64,000 bases of DNA from Felis catus (Eukaryota), in contig NC_058368.1 of NCBI RefSeq assembly GCF_018350175.1, positions 161,202,001 through 161,266,000 of the forward strand. Direction: 5' to 3'. Below the pieces are notes generated by a model. That model was not told the DNA's origin and did not search any database. It saw only the letters and a program-made list of their open reading frames with translations. Numbering within the stretch: the first letter of the stretch is position 1; the number at the start of each line of letters is the position of its first letter. This document shows positions 37,532-50,814 of the stretch, piece after piece. Position numbers and translations under genes: made by a program.

Positions 37532-38049
37532 TCTACATCATTTTAATCATTATCATGTTCAAAATAGCTGATATATCACAGTGATTAAAGATTATGGTAT
37601 TGGATTCTAAATGCTGACCTTGTATAAACTGAGTATTATTATAAATTTATCTCCTTAAAAAACCTGACACTTGAAGAAATACATTGAGCTTTCAACAGAG
37701 ATTCTACCAAGTACTTTTAACGTTGATATTTTTTTAATGGAAGCCAAAGTATCTACATACTTTTTATAATTTACTTCTTCAAATGCCATTTTTGGGTTAT
37801 GAGAGAAGAATTCCAGTATTATTAGCTCTGTGATGGAATTATAATTATAGATAAAGTCAGTAATTAAAATCTGTTGTATATGGAATAGACTCAGGTCCTT
37901 CCTAGATCTGACATATCTGACTTAAGCTGTCTGCAATTGTCATTAATAAATTTACATTAGAACTTGACAAAGAAGAACTCTGAGTTTCCAATTGGAAATG
38001 ATTGGTTCAGAGATTGTTTTTTTTTCTTTTCAATTTGGAAACCATGAAA

Positions 38050-38175
38050 ATTATATTCTGGGTATCCTTGAACTTCTAAAATTTTAGGCAAATATGTGTG
38101 TCAACATAGGTATATTTGTCTAGGTAGAGAGCCTATAGATTTTCATCAGATTCTTTAAGAAGACATTGAACCAAC
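38050..38175. mobile_element. hAT-Charlie (MER-type) fragment
   Basis: gagagcctatagattttcatcagattctttaag resembles a Charlie-derived MER motif. Confidence 0.45.
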
Positions 38176-39659
38176 CAACCAACGAAACAAACAAAAAAAA
38201 CACATTTATTATATCACATCCACACATTATCTTTCCCATCCCTGTCTCTGTCTCTCTGTTTTCTCTCTCTCTCTGAGTTAAACCAAAGTCCAGAGACATA
38301 AGTGGACTTGTTCTAAATGGACTTGTCTTTGTTACACAGCTAAACAAACTGCATTCTGAAACTGCATTCTTCTCCTTCCTGGTCCAACTCTTATTTCGTT
38401 ATACCAATAGTCTTTTATTTCTGGCCAATATTTTGAAAGCATTAGTCTTGCATTATGGTAAGTATCTATTAGTGCATAATCAAGTATACCAAACAATGAT
38501 AGGAAGTTATACTCCCTTTAGTATTTATATATGCATTATATCACTTTGCTTACATAAGATCTGAAAAAACTATATTTCTTCCTCTCAGCTCTGATTCCTA
38601 TGCAAAATTGTTAGGGGTAAAATAAAAATGTCCTTTCCACATATTTGATTAGTTGCCTGACAGGCTTTGGTAATTGAAACTAATTGAATCATTAACGTAC
38701 ATATACCAAAAAGTAAGTCTGTTTTAATGATAGTCACATTAGAATTTGATGGATGATTATTAGATGTCACCCTATGCTTCTTACTCGTAAAAGAGCTGTC
38801 TTAAGTAAATATCAGGCCTTTATATCAGAAATATAGTTCAATATATTTTAAACATACCAAATAAAACCTATAGCTCAAAGCTATAGGTTTGCTAAAGCTC
38901 AGACTTTGGAGAAATCTTGTTACTTCCTTGTGTCTTTTAAAATTTCCAACATATCATCATTTATCCCTGCATCATATTCATTCATGTTTTGTTATTTATT
39001 CTATCAGCCACATCACATCAAGATCAAAATTATTAATTCATTCAAAACATCAATCCATCTTTTAATATATTCCAAAATAGTTTTTATCATGCTAATGCAA
39101 TTCTTATTCTTTTTGCTTTCTTAAAATTGAGGTTGTTAAGCATACAGCTAGGTGATATTTAGATCAGATGATCACCATTCAGTTACATTATTCTTTCTAA
39201 AACTATGTAACACTAACAAAAGATACATGTGGCTCAGTATAGATGAAATTATAGTGTTAGGATGGTAGGACTGGACAGAGAAACATGTGTCTAGGCTTTT
39301 CTATAAGCAATAATTTTAATATCTGATATCCTTTACAGATTATTTTGCCAATTTATTTTTAAATGTACAATATTTCCACAAAACTATAATACAAGGCAAC
39401 TATTAGAATATTATGTTGAGTAGGAAATCCTTTACTTCATAACAGATGGTGAACAAAATGGGGAGCCAAGAGCTAAAAAAATAAAAGGAACCCTTAGAAC
39501 TTCCAGCAGGGCAAATAATTCATATGATGGTACAATGTATTAGCAATTTTTTAAGTTACTTTAAATAAAATTCACAAAGCATTTTCTCAAGATATTCTCT
39601 TCCAGAAAATTTCAAGTTGGAATACATCATTATTAACTATAGTTCCTAAACCCTCCCTC

Positions 39660-39823
39660 CCAACACACACAAACAGAAGGTAAATATGGATGTTGATGGA
39701 TAGGTAAATGAGTTTGACTGGGGGCACCATTTCACAATGTATATGTATATCAAAACATCATGTTGTACACCTTAAATGTATATAATGATTATTTGCCAAT
39801 CATATGTCAATAAAGCCAAAAAA
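39660..39823 (+). mobile_element. L1MA/MB 3' end
   Basis: catttcacaatgtatatgtatatcaaaacatcatgttgtacaccttaaat...caataaagcc. Confidence 0.85.
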
Positions 39824-40189
39824 TTAACTCAAATTAATTGAGTATTGACTAAAAAAAGAATTAGACAGTTAGACATATTCAAATTTTTCCAGTCTATAAG
39901 TTATATTAATAGCAGCAATACATGTTATAAAATTTCTTACAAATAGGAGTAATTCTCATTATCCAGGCTTGAAAAAAATGATATGCAGAAACAATTACCC
40001 ACCTCTTTCTACCTATCAGTAAAGGAAGATATAGAATAAAGGAAAGATGTCTGGATCTTTAATGTAAGAACGTGAAATACAAGAAGATAATCTAGATACA
40101 GAATTATCTGATAGCTTCACAGCTGTATTGGACCTTACCTGAGTCTGAAGAGTGAAAGACTCCAATTAGGTGAACAATTGTGAATATAT

Positions 40190-40396
40190 GATAGTCATAA
40201 ATAATACTTCAAGGTATCTGTCACAATCATGAAAGACACAGATATACTAACACCATCAAGTTTTTTGTCTATGTTTATAATTAAATGAAATGCTAAATTT
40301 CAGTTAGAGGTGGGTGAAAATAAAGATGTAGTATTTTTCTCATCTAAGTGTAGTAATATGTTAAATCTATCCATAAAACCCAGCTTAAAACCTGGT
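40190..40396. mobile_element. hAT-Charlie fragment
   Basis: aaatgctaaatttcagttagaggtgggtgaaaataaagatgta resembles a Charlie subterminal sequence. Confidence 0.6.
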
Positions 40397-41231
40397 GGTT
40401 TCTCACAAAGTATCTGAAATATTCTGCTCATATGTATAATATAACTTAAGAAGAAAAAGCATAATAAAAACTGTGATTTTTCTAGTTTCTCTTTACTTAC
40501 AAATTACTGATACAAAATGAACTTAAAATGGATAAAAAAACAATTCTGCCAACAAAATTCAGCGTCAATAAATAGCTAAAAAAATGATGACATACTGAAC
40601 TATAAAATAATATACATTTTAATGCTTTCTCATAATAGTTGAGAATAGATAATTGAGAAGAGACTTTCTTTGGTAGATACATTTCCATGTATATTGGGTA
40701 GTTTAAATGAAAAAGTATAAAGAGGATCACCAAAAAGCTTCCCTTAAATTAATATTCAAGCCTTTTTAATATATTCTGTTATGTCTCATCATATAAAAAA
40801 TAATTTGTCAGAATAAATTTCAAATATTATAAATTATATTGAAATGGTAATGCTAGCAAGTAATTAAAATATCAAAAAAGAGTAACCAAACATACACAAA
40901 CAGTATATCAAGATACATTTAAAAGAAATACAAAGGGATGTGATAAATTCAATAAATACTTTTTATATACTAATTATTCTGCTTAACCATAAAATTTTTT
41001 TCAATGCCATTATCATAACTTTAAAATAAAACTAAGCTTTTATAACTTATTCTATTACATTTTAAATTTTTAGAGGTGTTCTTAGTATCTAATCTGGAGC
41101 CTGTGGGAAAAGGTATTCTAGATCCTACAATAATTTTCAGCTACTTCTTTATGAGAAAAAAATTTTTTACTATCATTAAAAGAGATGTTTCTGTTCAATT
41201 TGATATTCTTTCCTTAGAAATTTACATTATT

Positions 41232-41436
41232 GGGGCGCCAGAGCGTCTGTCAGTTAAGCCTCTTACTCGTGATTTCGGCTCAGGTCATAATCTCACGGTT
41301 CATGAGTTTGAGCCCCGTGTGGAGCTCTGCGCTGACAGTGCAGAGCCTGCTTGGGATTCTCTCTCTCTCCATCTCTCTCTGCCTTTCCCCCACTCTCACT
41401 GTCTTTTAAAATAAATAAATAATCTTAAAAAAAAGA
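41232..41436 (+). mobile_element. CAN-SINE
   Basis: TSD agaaatttaca(t/c)tatt. Confidence 0.96.
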
Positions 41437-42319
41437 AGAAATTTACACTATTTATATTATTAATTTTTATTTTATTTTATTAAAATGTTTCATGCTAAGA
41501 GAATTAATAAAAGTTTATTGATTGAATTATACTATTTATAACCTACCATGCCAAAAGATGAAGTTCCTTAAAATTTTTTCACTGTTAATTGAAATATCTT
41601 TCACCTTCCATCCCCTTTTCACCCACCCAAACTTGGGCAGAATCAGTAATGAGAAACTATTGATTTTTCCTCTTACTACCCATCTTATCCCATTCTTTCC
41701 ATAAATTTTCATGTATCTGAAGATTATTCTCTTACCACTTTCAATGTATGTTTTCTGTTATTTTTCTGTATCTATATTTAAGCATATTTTTTAAAGTAAA
41801 ACTTCCTCAGAGGGCCAGTCAATTACATATTTTTTTATAGGAAAGCACTTAAAACCATCTGTTTTTTAATTTTTATTATTTGCATATTTATAAGATAATT
41901 AAATGTTTACCCTGAATTATTTTTATCATTAAATAAAAATATCCAGTTAAAGTATCAGTTAAATATTCATGGTGAAGAATTAGGTTACACAACATTATCC
42001 TTACTATTATTACAAATTGTCATTGTTAATAAAGCCCATTAAGCTAGCCAATGAAATTCAGATAAAGAGCAATCTATTTTAACTCAGTTATATATAGTAT
42101 TCAATGGTCTGTTTATTATGCTGAGCAATAAGCTAAATTATGTCCAGTATAAAGGGATAATTATTACAAAAATTAGAGTCATCATTTAGGCCAGTATCTT
42201 TCATTTGAGCCAAAAAAAAATATTTATACTGAACATAAATTGTATATTAATATAATCATTTGAGCAAGGCCATAGGTTAATCATATAATTATCATCATAT
42301 CTACTGATATTTAACATAA

Positions 42320-42490
42320 TATGAAAGAGGTAATGGTGGTTTGAAAGTCCAGACAGTTCTTTTCAATCATGACTCCAGAAGTAAATCAATGTTTGACCTT
42401 GGACAAGGCTGACTTTCTGTTGACTCAGTTTCTTCATATATAAAGTAGATGTCTCTACCTACTTTACAGATTGTTTGCTATAAAATAAGA
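42320..42490 (+). mobile_element. MIR SINE fragment
   Basis: tgaccttggacaagg...ctcagtttcttcatatataaa core. Confidence 0.65.
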
Positions 42491-42939
42491 ATTAACAGGT
42501 TCAATCAGGATCCTTAATTACAATATGCAATTCTCACTGCTTAAAAGATCTTTCTGCAGTATTACGGGCCAGGCCATTCTCCTGTGAATCAATAAGCTCC
42601 TGGTTTTCTCAGAGCTGAGGTACAAGTATTTACACTTTGCATTAAATACTTTTTCAAGTTATGTACTTGCCTAGCTTATATTCGGCCTGCCAGCTCTCAC
42701 TTAGCTCAACACCTAACATCAATAGAGGGGTAAATCCAATCACATGGTGTGACAAAACAACTAATCAATCTAATTGTTGAACTTAACTTTATCCTCATAT
42801 TTAAACATTAGTATTCACTAAGGGGTGACTAACAATATTTTCTCTTGATGTAAAATTCATTTGTGAACTAGATAAATGTGGTATCTCTAGTCTAAAAAAA
42901 GTAGGACACAAAAATGAAGTATATGTTGGACTATCCCTT

Positions 42940-43265
42940 CCTAGCACCTATTGTCTATTTCCCAATGAGTATACTAAATATCTCATTGTTTTCTGCCACA
43001 GGAAGGTAGACATGCATATATTCATCAGTGATTTCCCTTGTTCTCTGGCTTTCTGTTGGATTTGACTAATGGGGAACATCAGGAGCTGGAAGGCAAAACT
43101 GAGCACCATCATGATACATATTTCCTTGGTCCTTCCCTCTGATATTGTCGTCGGTTGGCTGTATTCCTCAGCTAAAGTTTGAATAATCCCTCTAGGTGGC
43201 CTCTCTATATGAATTTCACATTTCAGTTTTCAGCAACCACTTGCTCTACTTGGCCTTAATAGTTA
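42940..43265 (+). mobile_element. Old ERV-L LTR fragment (LTR33-like)
   Basis: cccttgttctctggctttctgttggatttgactaatggggaacatcaggag motif. Confidence 0.55.
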
Positions 43266-43374
43266 TAGGCCTGTTCAAAATATCTATTTCATATTGGCAT
43301 AGGACTTCAGTAGTTCATCATTTTGAATCAGTTGGTTCATTTCATCCAAGTTGTCAAATTTATGTGTTTACAGT

Positions 43375-43718
43375 TGCTATGGCCTAAATGTTCATATCTC
43401 TTCAAAATTCATATATTGGAAGTCCTAACCTGCAAGATGATGGTGTTAGGAAATGGGGCCTTTGGGAGGTGATTAGGCCATGAGGGCAGTGCCTAATTAA
43501 TGACCTTATAAATGAGATACCAGAGAGATCCATACCCCTGTCACAACGTGAGACCACAGTGAAAAGACGGCTGTCTACGAATCAGAAATTGACTCCCACA
43601 ATCTTCCGGTGACTTGATCTGGCTCTTTCTAGATTTCAGAACTGTGAGAAATAATTTGTTGTTTATAAGCCACCCACTCTGTGCTATTTTGTTAGGGCTG
43701 CTTGATCTGACTAAGACA
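43375..43718 (+). mobile_element. MaLR solo LTR (MLT1A-like)
   Basis: tgctatggcctaaatg...gactaagaca termini; 5-bp TSD acagt / atagt. Confidence 0.92.
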
Positions 43719-44444
43719 ATAGTATTCTTCATAGCCTTTTGATTTCTGCAGGGTCTACAGCAATATCCCTGTTTCATTCTTGGTAATGGAAATTTGCCCC
43801 CATCTTCATTCTCTCACTGCCCCCTTTTCTCTCATCAGTTCTGCTGTGAGAGCTGGATCAATTTCATTGATCTTCTCAAAGAACCAGTACTTTTGTTTCA
43901 AAGATTTTCTCTATTTTTCTCCAGTTTTCGTTTTTTTTTCTAGTTTTCAATTTCACTTATTTCTGCCCTTTATTTCATTCTTTCTGCTTGCCTTGTATTT
44001 ATTTTGCTCTTCCTTTTTTGAAGGTGGAATCTAAGGGTATTGGTTTGATATTTTTACTCTTTTCTATTATAGGCATAGACTGTTGTAACTTTTCTGTCAG
44101 CATTGTTTTAGCTGTGTCCCACAAGTTTTGGTATGTTGAATTTTCATTTTCATTCCATTCCATGTATTTTCTGATTCCCCTTGAGACTTCCTTTTTGACC
44201 TTTGATTATTTAGAAGTGTGTTGTTCAGATTCTAAGTGTTTGGAAATTTTTATTTTATCTTTCATACTGATTTCTAGTATTTTTTCCACTGTATTTGCAG
44301 AATACATAATGTTTGATTTCAGTTCTTTAAAGTTTAGTGACATTTGGTCTATGGTCCAGAATATATCTTGTTATGTGTTCTACAAGCAATTGAATAGAAT
44401 TTACTCTTTTTTGTTGGTTGGAATGTTCTACAAACATCCATTAG

Positions 44445-44554
44445 TTTCTTTTATTCTTTTTCAATTTTTTATTTAAATTCTAGTTAGCTAACATATAGTA
44501 TAATATTGGTTTCGGGAGTAGAATTTAGTGATTTATCAGTTGAATATAACACCT
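44445..44554 (-). mobile_element. Carnivore L1 3' end, short
   Basis: Perfect TSD aaacatccattag at 44432-44444 and 44555-44567. Confidence 0.92.
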
Positions 44555-44615
44555 AAACATCCATTAGATCTTGTTGGTTTGATGGTGTTAATGAGTCATA
44601 TACCTAGTTGGTTTT

Positions 44616-44813
44616 CTTTTCTTTTCCTTTTTTTTTTTTAAGTTTATTTATTTTGAGGGTAGGGGGAAGAGACAGAGGGAGAGAGAGAGAATTCCAAGCA
44701 GGCTCCAACTGTCAGCACATGGCCTGACATGGTGCTCAAATTCACAAACTGCGAGATCATGACCTGAGCCAAAATCGAGAGTCGAATGCTTAACTGACTG
44801 AGCCAGGTGCCCC
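44616..44813 (-). mobile_element. CAN-SINE
   Basis: TSD cctagttggtttt / cctggttgatttt. Confidence 0.94.
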
Positions 44814-46313
44814 TCCTGGTTGATTTTGTATCTAATTATCCTATGGCTTACTGTGAAAAGGGTGGTTAAGCCTCCAACTGTACTTGTGGATTTGTCTATT
44901 TTTTTTTCAATTCTATCATTTCTCCTTTACACAGTTTGCATCTCTGTTGTTCAAAGCTCATATAGTTAGATTGCTATGTCTTCTTGGTGCATTATCATGT
45001 CCCACTCTGGCTCTGGTTATTTTCTTTGCTCTGAAGTCTACTTTGATAACTATATAGCCACTTCTGCTCTATTGTGTTGTTTCTCATTTATGAGGCCCCC
45101 AGCCAGACTTAACAAGTTTTAGGTTTATTTTACATGTAATACCCAGGTAGTTTACTTGTACTTAGCAAGACATATAGGGGAGATTTGGGGAAAAATTATT
45201 TGGATATATTTTGATTATTGAACAATTTTATTCTTGAAAATACTTTGTAATAATTGCAAATCTCTACAACCTTCAAACAGAAAAACTGAGACAAAATATG
45301 TCAACTTGTATAAAAATTTCCAAAGGATGAAGGTCAGTAGCTTTTTAACTCGTTGTTAAATGTTAAATTAATTTCCTTCAAATTAAATTATAAGGCCTGT
45401 AATTTAGTTTCAAGAAAAAGTACTAACTGGATTTTGACAAAAAAGTTTGCAAAACTGAAGTATGAAATTAAAAAATGAGGACTGTGATTAAGTATGCACA
45501 ACCTAGGGTACATTTCTTTCATTTGGATGTTTAATTTTTGTAAAGTATTTTTTTTAGTTTTGACAGCCATTAAAATCAGATTATAAATTTTTTGCCATAA
45601 TTAAATAAATTCAAGAAAATTTTATTTCATTTATGGCTTAATAATTTTAATTCCCAATTTTATATATGATTTACAATGTCCATTTTATATAGTGATAGAT
45701 ACATATAATTTATATAGTGATATGGTGTTGGATATAGGTAATTGATATGTGTGTTTATGTATATGTGTGTATATGCTGAATTTAATGATAGTAATACATG
45801 AGTAAAAATTTTGGAGACCACTCTGTTGTAGATTACACAATTGCTGACTGTTGTCCCAAGTGCCACAGCTCGTGTACTGAAACAGTATGATAAACATATA
45901 TGCCCTAGCAGGGATGCTTGGTATCAGTTTATATCTGGCTAGTAAAAAAATATATATATACTCAACTTAATAGCCAACGCACCTTGAAATATGTGTGTTT
46001 GCTTTACAATCCCAGAGGTAAGATGTGTTTAGAAGTTTATAATGCTGTATCATTTTTCAAATACCCACATAAAGCATTTGATAGTGTGTCAAGACTTGGA
46101 AAGAAACTAAAGGAAAAAAAAGGAATTTTATTATTTGACCAATTTCTGAGTTATGTTTCATCTTTTAATAACATGAAAGGATAATGCACTCAAATCTAAT
46201 TCTAATAAATGCTACGTTAACATTCTAGTCTGAACAACATCCAATTACTGTTAAACTTAAACACTTCATAAAAATAAAATTTCAACTATGTTTTCTAAAT
46301 CTAAAATCTGTTT

Positions 46314-46520
46314 GGGGTTCCTGGGTGGCATCTGACTTCGGCTTAGGTCATGATCTCGTAATTCACGAGTTTGAGCCCCACGTTGGGCTCTGTGCTGACA
46401 GCTCAGAGACTGGAGCCTGCTTAGGATTCTGTCTCTCTCTCTGTCTCTCTCTCTCTGCCCCTCCCCCACTCATACTCTGTCTCTCTCTCTCTCTCTCTCT
46501 CAAAAATAAATAAAACATTT
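46314..46520 (+). mobile_element. CAN-SINE with a short deletion in the head
   Basis: gggtggc joined directly to atctgacttcgg; TSD aaatctaaaatctgttt / aaatctcaaatttgttt. Confidence 0.95.
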
Positions 46521-47001
46521 AAATCTCAAATTTGTTTGTTGTTATCACCCCAAACTGTTTTTAACACATCACCATGGCAGCTAAATATTAGGCCAAAACC
46601 AGATTACGTCATAGTCATCAGAAGATATACACTGCTCACATATCTTCAATGTATTATCAGGAAAGGAGATTCCAGTATTAAACATTGATATTGTGCATTA
46701 TTTTTGGCACCATGCATAGTTATCACAATGCATGAAGAAAAAATTAAGAGTATATATGTTAGAGATTGTTGTGCTCTTTTTATAGGTCTGGAAAAAATGA
46801 GTATAGAATCAACTTCCACGATAAGGCATTTATGGAAAGAACATTATGGGGCCATGGAATATGGCTAATAATTTTATTTAGTAGTCTCCACTACTTGTAA
46901 GTTTTTCTTTGTGGCAGTATAATAAATTTTATTTATTTACTGTCACACATAGCTGTGACAAGTGCTACATATATACATTACTTTTACAAGAGTATTCCCC
47001 A

Positions 47002-47235
47002 GGGGCTCCTGGGTGGCTCAGTCTGTTAAGTGTCAGACTCTTGGTTTCAGCTGAGGTCATGCTCTCACGGTTTGCAAGATCTAGCCTCCCATCTGTCTCT
47101 GTGCTGGCATTGTGGAGCCTGCTAAGGATTCTCTCTTTTTCTCTCTTCCCCTCTCCTGCTTGCTCTCTCTCTCTATTTCTCAAAATAAATAAATAAAAAT
47201 TTTTAAAAATAAAAATAAATGTTTAAGAAAAAAGA
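47002..47235 (+). mobile_element. CAN-SINE
   Basis: TSD aaga(g/a)tattcccca. Confidence 0.95.
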
Positions 47236-47392
47236 AGAATATTCCCCAAATAATCTAAGAGCTTGACCCACGTATTTATTATTGCTTAAAAGTTTATTCT
47301 GTAACATAGGCTTTAGTCATTACATAACAAGGAATCCTACAGGATAATATTTAATTATGCCTAACAAATTTCTTTATAAAGAATATGTTCTT

Positions 47393-47610
47393 GGGGCTCC
47401 TGGATAGCTCAGTCACTTAAGCATCCAACTCTTGATTTTGACTCTGTTCATGATCTCACATTTCATGAGATCAAGCCCCAGGTCCGGCTCTATGCTGACA
47501 GCACAGAACCTGCTTAGCATTCTCTCTTCCCCTCTCTCTGACCCTCCCCTGCTCACATGCTCTTTCTCTGTGTGTGTCTGTCTTAAAATAAATAAAAAAA
47601 GAGAGAGATA
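47393..47610 (+). mobile_element. CAN-SINE
   Basis: ggggctcctggatagctcag head, CT tract, A tail. Confidence 0.93.
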
Positions 47611-50329
47611 AGAGGTACTCATTAAATATTAGCTCAATAAAATGATGTGATGGATTAGAAGTGATGGGCAGAGAAACCATATAGCCTGGTAGTTACCTCT
47701 CTTTATCACACATTGGATAAATGAACATACTCACCCTATATCAGGATGGCTCTGTATTTCGCTAAGACAGAAAATGGTAAAATGAAGTTGTATTCTAATT
47801 AGACAAAAGTCTGAAGGGAGGTTATATGCTGTGTGGGTTCTGTTCCTAAAAGTGCCATTCTAAGCCCAACTCTATGTTAGGAGTCCTCTCAGCGGCTATT
47901 TTCTTAATTGTAAAACAATGATTTCCTGCAGGAGGAAACAGACAGTGGAATTCAACAACATGAACAAAAATCCCTTTCAAAGAGTTAAAATGACTAGTTG
48001 TTGGAAGATGCCCATATAATATGTTTTTTAAAAAAGTGTATTCTTTGAGATTTTAATTTATTGCAGAGAGTTCAATAAAATATTAACAATTGCTAATATG
48101 GTAAAATAAGAAAGTGATTGTGTCTCCTATCCCTTTCTCCCTTCCCCCTTGTCCCTTATTTCTAAACTGTGGATTCAACTTGAGAATAACTATGAGTATG
48201 TTAGTTTTTTTTTTTTTATTCTTTTTATAACACATGGGACATCAGCCCAGGTTTGCAAACTAATGGCCCATAAGTAGCCTTATGAGTTCTACTCAGTATT
48301 AGAAAAATCGAGAAAGTTCACAGATAATGTGGATTTCAAATTCTTTCAGTAATCAAAATTGACTGGAGCAGAAGTTGGCACCCTCCTTTAAATAAATAAT
48401 TAACTCTTTAAATTGCTATGGTCACCCACATGCACTCCTCTTTCCCCAAGTTCTCTAACACCTGGCCATTTCACTTGCATTACCATTACTTGCCAATATT
48501 ATGGGAGCATTTGAAAGTGAAAGTCTTTATATAACCAGGTCGGCCCATTGGTCACTGAGAGTCTATTTAGAAAGGAAGGCACAGAGTTTTCTATATCCAT
48601 GACAGCCATTTTGAAGAATAAAGATTGTAGTATTATACTATTATGAGAAGGGCTTAACCCTAAAAATAGTTGTTAGTACTTGGCACTACATTTTATTTTT
48701 ATAAAATAGAACAGTGACAATATTTAGTCTGAGGGGAAATTTAAATGTATATTGCCTTGTGAAATCAATAATGGGTAGAAAAATATTTCTCAGGCTTAGC
48801 ATTTGCCAAGAAGTGGCTAGTATTATATTTTATGTTGTAAAGGTAAATGTAAATAGAACATGTTTTAAAGTATAAAATGAAGGACATTTTAACATCAAAA
48901 GCTATAGAAATCTTTTGACAATTCTACCACAGATAGTTTACAACATTCTGAATTTGTTTAAAGATTAAGGAAATGAATACTTACAGAATTTTCAAATGAG
49001 CCACAAGACACCTAAATAGACATATTGTATGTGAATGATCAATGTATGTCTCTGGATCTAAATGTGATTAGCATATTTTTTCAAATTTTTAGTATAAATG
49101 TGATTCATCTCTTTTTTTAATTTTAAACTTGTGTGCTAGATATATTTCTTAAAAACAACATAAATCTGTCTGTATTTCTATTTCTATATATCTTATCAAA
49201 ACCAGAATTCTAATTTTAATATCTCCAATTAAATCAATTTAAAAAGCTCCTACGAATGTTTGACATTATTGTGGTAAAATGCCACCAGAATAATCCAAAG
49301 ATCCAGTTATTTGATTTCATTATCTGATAACTGTGAATTCAGAAGGAGCTATAAATTTACAGCATTTCTTTGGAACATTCAAGACAGAAATTTATTTTTG
49401 AATCAAACTGAGTGTTGATATATTTCATGATGTGCAGGTTATTAATACAAATTATTTTGTCCCGTAGCCACACAGATTATTATCATTTGGAGAATTTACT
49501 ACCTTTATGCTTCAAAATATATATAACTTTTAGGGTGCATTATTATAACCTAAGAGTTGCTTGCATCAATACTGTATATCTAGGATAACTATCTTATAAA
49601 TTTACAATTTAAGTGAGCTAAAAATCTCACGATTTTTTGCTATGCTTGTTCCTTAAGATGAATGATCATTGGTGCTGCAAATCTATCTATTCTAAATCTG
49701 TAATTAATATAATGAATAAGTAAATATATGATTATGGAGTTATACATATTATCTATAAAACCTTTTGGCCAAAACACAGTAAGACATTACTATATGCATT
49801 TTTTATATAACATTTTGGTTACAAAGTGAAATTATCCAGTCCATTTGAGCTCTTCATGTAAATGTATCATATACCTCCCTAGCTAGTATAGTATACTGAA
49901 CTAATTATGAATTATCACCATCATATGGCAAAATATGGATATAATACCAATGCCATCTTTCAAAAGCTCTGTTTTTTCAGACTCATTATAATGTCTATCT
50001 TAGCATCAATTTAACAATCATGTGGTCAACAGTTTTATTGGAAAGATTGGGGAAATAATGTTTAAATTTCTAGCACAGTGACTGACATAGTTAAACTTAA
50101 GAAAAACTCTGCCTTCAATGTCATTTTGTTTTCTTTTCCCATATTATGCAAAGAATTGTTTTCTTTCTTTACTTTGTCTACACAGATGCTATTACCCACC
50201 AGTTTTTAGAGCTAATCAAGTCTTTCTTTAAATAAATAATAAATTTTCATGATTAAAGCTTCATAAAACAAAATGAAATGTTTCAGGCTTATGTCATATA
50301 ATTTTTATGTTTCTTAAAGCTAAAAGAAT

Positions 50330-50560
50330 GCAGGTTTAGCAAAATGATAAAAGTAAGCATTCTAATGTCAGACTACTTGGATTTAAATGCCAGCTCTAAC
50401 ACACTTTAGTTGTGACCTTGAGCTTCAAGCCCTCTCTAAGTCTAAATTTCCCTCTATGTAAAATGGAGATAATAACACTAACTGATTTATAGGGTTATTG
50501 TCAGGAATAAATGTGATAATCCACATAAAATTTATCAGCAAAGTTCCTGCAAAAATGTAT
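50330..50560 (+). mobile_element. MIR SINE
   Basis: gtcagactacttggatttaaatgccagctct...tgtgaccttgag...tgtaaaatggagataataac. Confidence 0.8.
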
Positions 50561-50814
50561 CCAATTAGAATAAAGATCAATTTCTATTTCATTACATTAT
50601 GTGCCAGTCTTTTTGCCATTATATTATCAAAGTAAAGTCTCTGTCCTCAAGGAACTTATCATTTATAAGGGATACAGCTGAAGACACAAGCAAGAAAAAT
50701 ATACCTATATGTGTACCATGATGGGGATAACTACAAAACAATAGAAGAGACATGTATTGTAGTCTTGGTGGTCAAGAAATAATATGTCTTGGCAAATATA
50801 TGAAGAATGGAAAA

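Larger units (their letters stand above)
43266..45070 (-). mobile_element. Old L1M ORF2 fragment with nested MLT1, L1 and SINE insertions
   Basis: T-rich antisense L1 ORF2 sequence such as tttagctgtgtcccacaagttttggtatgttg. Confidence 0.8.

Noticed and set aside
43988..44476. 162-aa plus-strand ORF resembling a membrane protein
   Set aside because: Antisense to an old L1 ORF2, non-ATG start, and it runs through a younger L1 insertion tail.
47932..48080. Possible terminal exon (cctgcag|GAGGAAACAGAC... with downstream AATAAA)
   Set aside because: Weak pyrimidine tract, unrecognised peptide, and AATAAA is very common in this AT-rich DNA.
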